NCBI GenBank assembly: GCA_030704615.1
Contig: CM060732.1
Location: 14,570,001 to 14,634,000 of the forward strand
From: Takakia lepidozioides
Lineage: Eukaryota > Plantae > Bryophyta
DNA length: 64,000 nt
Direction: 5' to 3'
In this document: positions 59,590 to 64,000 of the stretch, in pieces
Position numbering within the stretch: the first letter of the stretch is position 1
Layout of the letters: each line of letters starts with the position of its first letter
Made by a program: the position numbers and the translations under genes
Notes under the pieces: generated by a model
Database searches by the model: none
What the model was told of the DNA's origin: nothing
Seen by the model: only the letters and a program-made list of their open reading frames with translations

Positions 59590-61944
59590 ATCAGTTGGGC
59601 TTTGGATTGCAGCTTGATGGTTACGTGGCAAGGAGATTGGGAGTGAACTCGGTACTTGGTTCATATCTTGATCCGCTTGCTGACAAGGTTTGAGTTTCTT
59701 CTGACCTAACACATTATTTTTAGTCTTTTTAACTTGAACTTTGAAAGTGAGGGTCAGTGGCACTGCAGTGTGGGTCCTTTCAAATATGCGTCGTATGTCT
59801 TCTCTTGTTTATATGGCCAGATGATAGTTGGCACTCCCTTTTTCAGTCAGTGCTCAGCAACATTGATTTATTATTTACGCAGGTTCTGGTTGGCAGCATT
59901 GCTTTGTCAATGGCTTATGCAGGGCTTCTTCACCGTACGTGTACTCATTCTCCCAATAAGCAATTAGTGGGAGCCTGCATTTCGTTTAATCTAGGTCTGA
60001 AGTAGACATATACGTCACAAGATGTCATCATAAAGCACGTTAGTGCTGGCAACTGTCGAAGTCTGCTAGCTTTTGTCTATTAAATGTGCAGATGGCAATT
60101 TGCTATTTCATTGGATACCAATGAATGTAGGCTGTCTTCACTGTGAGTGCATTTTGGCTTCTAAAAGTTGGAGGCATGGTATGCAGGGCACTGAGAGTGA
60201 GAGACAGGAAGTCTGTAGGTGGAGGTTTTTCTTACACATTCCGTGTCAATTCTCTACGGTATCGTCGATGGATGCATACTGACGATGCCCTAGCCTGGCA
60301 GCTGCCCTTGTTGCTCTTATTGTGGCTCGCGATGGTGTACTTCTGGGTGGCAGCTTTCTCTACCGTGCCTACACCCTTCGCTGGCAGGTCTGGATCTCTA
60401 TGTCTATCCTGATAGGTTCAAGCATGTATTTTACTAGCTTTGTTAGACAGCACATCTGTGTGCAAAGTATTGACTACTGGTATTTGATGGGATAATGCAG
60501 TGGTCAGGGTGGGGAGAGTTTTTTAAGATTGGCGCTGGTGGTGCTGAGAAGGTTGAACCACTCTTGATCAGCAAGGTCTCTCAAATCTCTGTCTCTGTGT
60601 GTCCCATGGATGATGGCTCCCGTGGACCTAATAAATTTGTCCTTGGTCTTGTTCTTTGATTACCATGCTTCTTCTGTGTTGTTCTACTTGTATCCCTTGG
60701 GCCTTTTGGCCTCCTGCCACATCACAGATTTCTCTCCTTTCTTTGTTTTTACATCATAGATTGTGGCTAGCACTGTTACATCTGTGATCAAATTTGGGAC
60801 TTCAACAGAACTGCTGGAATCAACATAATGTTTCCTTGATGTTTATACCAAGTCTGTACCTCAAGCAGTATATTCCCTGTAACTGGTTTGTTGTCCTTTA
60901 TCACATGTACTGGTAGGCTCCGAAATGGTTAGTGTCTGGTGATGACTATACCGTCATAGTGCATCATAACCAGCGTTCACAGGAAAAGTCAATAAAAATA
61001 AAAATTATGTTCTCTGTGTGTGTCTGTCTCTGTTGCCTGTCACTGTATATCAGGAGGCAAGGAATTTCTGTGTGTTTCTCATCCCTTCGTTAAAACAGAG
61101 TAAACTGAAGGCCTAATGACTGGCCCTGAATTAATCAGAGATTCAGGTTACGTTGTGGTATTCTAATGGAGTGGACCCTTACTGAAACCTCACTAGCTTG
61201 CCAGTGAATAAAAGCAGTTTTTCTATGTGGTCTTGACTATGTACTGATGCTTGAGTTGGGGTGCAGATTAACATGGTGCTGCAGCTAGCTCTGATTGGCA
61301 CTGCACTGATCCACCCCGCCTTGGGCCTTCCAGATTCATATTCTTTGGTCCCTCTTTTAAGGTAGGTCTTCTCCACATGTTGCCTGGTTGAGAGGACAGA
61401 ACCATGAGGACTAAGGATTTCAATGTACAATTGCTCTGTGAGTCACTATCGTAAGGATTAAAAGGCCCATTTTAGACTAGTTTATCCACACTACTGGTTA
61501 TGCAGGAGTGTGGGATCTCACTCACACTCTCCCCCCCTGTCAGAGGTTCAGTATTTTAGGAGGGTTTTGGTTTCAGAAATCGTGTTTGGAACTTTGATCC
61601 CATAGACTGTTGGGGCTTCCAGCAGATGTAAATTCCTTCCCATGATTCCAGAACCACTATACAGGGAGAGAAATTGTCTTTTCATTGAACTTGACAATGA
61701 TTCAATCTCCGTTTAAGATTTTTTTTTACACTTTCGGTCATGGTGTCGGGGTCGTAATCTCTTGTACCTCTGCAATTTTTGCGATGTGTGGCACAGCTGG
61801 TCAGTGGTTGCGACAACAACAATGTCATGGATAGGTTATGCATGGATTTATTTGCGGAGACCAAATCCTGCCGCACTTGTGGGTGGAGTGACACATCTCC
61901 CGCTTCGCAAATCTTCTCATGCCAGTGGTCGGCGAGAACCTTAA
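54655..61944 (+). CDS. CLS: Cardiolipin synthase (CMP-forming), CDP-alcohol phosphatidyltransferase family; exons 54655-55385, 55756-55822, 59613-59687, 59883-59934, 60302-60387, 60501-60575, 61267-61361, 61797-61944
   Basis: [15 protein letters not shown]; GASDW|[25 protein letters not shown] (CDP-alcohol motif DG..AR...G..LD..D); ARDGVLLGG; VEPLLISK|INMVLQL; WSVVATT. All introns are GT-AG with consistent phases. Long N-terminal transit-peptide-like region. Confidence 0.92.
56425..57906 (-). mobile_element. Five stacked, short 3'-end fragments of the same LINE family within CLS intron 2
   Basis: Units begin with gagaga..tgta(c/t)tc.. plus tgccatagcctt at ~56427, 56693, 57373, 57422 and 57795. 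Some encode [15 protein letters not shown]. Confidence 0.85.
57907..59555 (-). mobile_element. 5'-truncated non-LTR retrotransposon (RTE-X/RTE-like) with open RT C-terminal ORF (57929-59542), flanked by (GA)n
   Basis: [30 protein letters not shown], and C-terminal [18 protein letters not shown] zinc knuckle. (GA)n at 57907-57921 and 59556-59587. Confidence 0.9.
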
Positions 61945-62828
61945 GCCATGCCCCACATGTGGGTGTGACACATCTATCTCTTGCCACCAAGCGGCGATAA
62001 TCTTAAGCTCACGGTGCAAACCAGTGAGGGTTGATTCGTCATTCTAGACTTTGGACATTATATGGTCTTCCTACAGTTGATTTCAGCTGTCACAGCCTGG
62101 GCAGGTAATCATCATAGCCCACAATATTAGTTTTTTATATTGTTCTCCTAGGTGCACTGAAAAGTTTTGCTAGTTGCTTCTATAATGTGTTGGTGGCCTA
62201 TGAAGAATATGAGGTTGTAATTATGGGGTGCAGTTAGCTCCTCATGTTAAACAATTAGTGGGGACCAAAAACCCCTCGAAAATTGGGAAATGTCACTATT
62301 CCCCATTTTCAGCCCGGCCTTGCCTCAGCACTCTTTCTTGCTCCCCTCCCTCACAGCCAGCCTCACAGTAATAATCGCATGAAAGACATACTTGGCCTGA
62401 TCTGCCCCTAGGTGAGCACCAAATGCCCAAGCATGTGGTGAATGCTCGAGCTCTGTCATGCAGGAAGTGGTGATGCCTCAAAAGTTCAAGTTACACCAAA
62501 GTGGGTCTGAATGGGCGGTGGGAACAAGTTTGACAAGTGAAAGAATTTCAATGAATGATATTTGAGAGCAATGGCTGATCCTTGCAAGGTTGTTCCAATT
62601 GCAAGTATCTGATTCCAATAGCCAACTTTGAAATTGGCTGTTGTGAAAGTAAAACTGCCTGTTTCAAGAGGGTGTTCCGTGTTAACTACAATGGTTTTAG
62701 TTCGAACACACAATAAAGGGCCACACATTTGGCAGATACACTGTTGAAATGCAAAAAATTCCAGACATGCAGGGCTATGAGAATGGTACAGCGCCAGAAA
62801 TCTTAAAAGAAGTTTCAAATTGATTTGA

Positions 62829-64000
62829 TCAATTATGAAACCCATCGGCTCCCTGTTCGACATCATCAGTTTTTAGATTCCCATTTTGTGCCATAAAAAT
62901 CCGGTAGACTCTCCGAGAGCAGGCTGGCCCCACTCGCCGGGACCCCTCTGAACTAAATAACCCTTCTCTCAAAAGATCTTCTAGAAGTAGCTCCTTCTGA
63001 TGAACCTGCTTCATAAACCGTGGTCAATTTCCAAATGATGATGTACTGGTGTCATCCAGACTAAGAAGGGCCTAGTATCTAGCTGTCCTCAGTGGACCAC
63101 ATACCCTAAACATGTACCCCTGTCAGTTGAACCCAGAACACTGACTGTTGCCCAACTACTGGTCTACCTGTTGGAAGTTATGATTTCAGTAAACTTGGTA
63201 TTGATGGATATTAAGATTGACTTAGTCGCGAGTAGAGATCCTTTCAACCCCGAGAATTTATGCAATTGAAATTATTAGGGTTTAATTTAGAAAACATGTT
63301 TTTTGTACTAATGGTAATGGAGTCAAATTCTTGTTCACAGCTCATTCAGTGCCCAAACATGAATCTGATGAGCTGCAACCCCGTCTGTACCAGAGGATTC
63401 ACTTCCATGTCCATACCACCAGTGACTACTATCCACGAATTTACAAAGAGAGAAACTCACAGTCTTTGTTGGGTCAAGATAAGAATTGAAGAGGGTGCGC
63501 ATGCTTGGGTACTTCTTAGCAATTGCCATTGCACACGCTCCTGGAACTTTTGGAAGTGCAACCAGAGCCTTCAGCCTGTATTGGAGTAGAGGTGGGTTGA
63601 AAATTATACAAAGTGAGACTCTCCATCTTCATGCGTTGTCTGTGCAAGGGGTAACTGGCAGTGGGAGCACTAGAAGTGTCTTGGCCACAGTTAACTACAT
63701 GCAAATGAGCTCAACCAATTGTAGTATCAGAGCAGTACTCTTCTATACCAGCTAGGGCAAAGCTCAATTCTCCGAGTGGCAAGCCATTCAAGATGAGAAA
63801 GTATGATGCCCTATAGAGATTGTCATCCAACTGGTTAATCTCATGCGAAAGATGGTCACAAGGAATCCATATAATGGCAAATCATATTGCTTGTGAAAAA
63901 TAAGGGTGGAAAAGGCAATGAAGTCAACTCACCAAACACTCTTCTTGATTTCTTCCTTAAAGGGATCACTCTTCTGGACATGGTCCCCATTCTTGCTAAC
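62829..64000 (-). CDS. EME1: Crossover junction endonuclease EME1, last three exons (63933->64000, 63461-63575, 62829-63005); 5' part outside window
   Basis: IKKSVW|LKALVALPKVPGACAMAIAKKYPSMRTLFNSYLDPTKT|VHQKELLLEDL..RRVGPACSRRVYRIFMAQNGNLKTDDVEQGA matches the plant EME1 C-terminus. GT-AG junctions are in phase. Confidence 0.88.

Overview
Eukaryotic, repeat-rich nuclear DNA, most consistent with a non-seed land plant (PLS-class PPR remnant, Replitron-type HUH transposase, spliceosomal introns). About 54 kb is nested transposable elements. It is followed by two convergent host genes: an 8-exon cardiolipin synthase (54655-61944, +), whose second intron holds a stack of LINE 3' ends, and the last exons of EME1 (62829-64000, -). 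The main discovery is a family of large Mutator-like DNA transposons present in three diverged copies (A, B, C) plus fragments. The complete copy C (32004-46969) has 21-bp imperfect TIRs and a 9-bp TSD (CCGATTGGA), and it sits inside the transposase gene of copy B. C and B each pair a DDE/SWIM transposase with a divergently transcribed, intron-rich cargo gene encoding a ParB/Sulfiredoxin-like domain (VWDGNHRL) and a bacterial-type beta-class N6A/N4C methyltransferase-like domain (DIPDG ... LDLxxGTG). Copy A preserves only the methyltransferase half of the cargo and one terminus. B and C also carry dense arrays of a subfamily-specific 22-bp palindrome (GGAAAT[T/C/G]CGGCGCCG[A/G/C]ATTTCC) with compensatory substitutions. 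All family assignments come from motif recognition by eye; no database searches were run.
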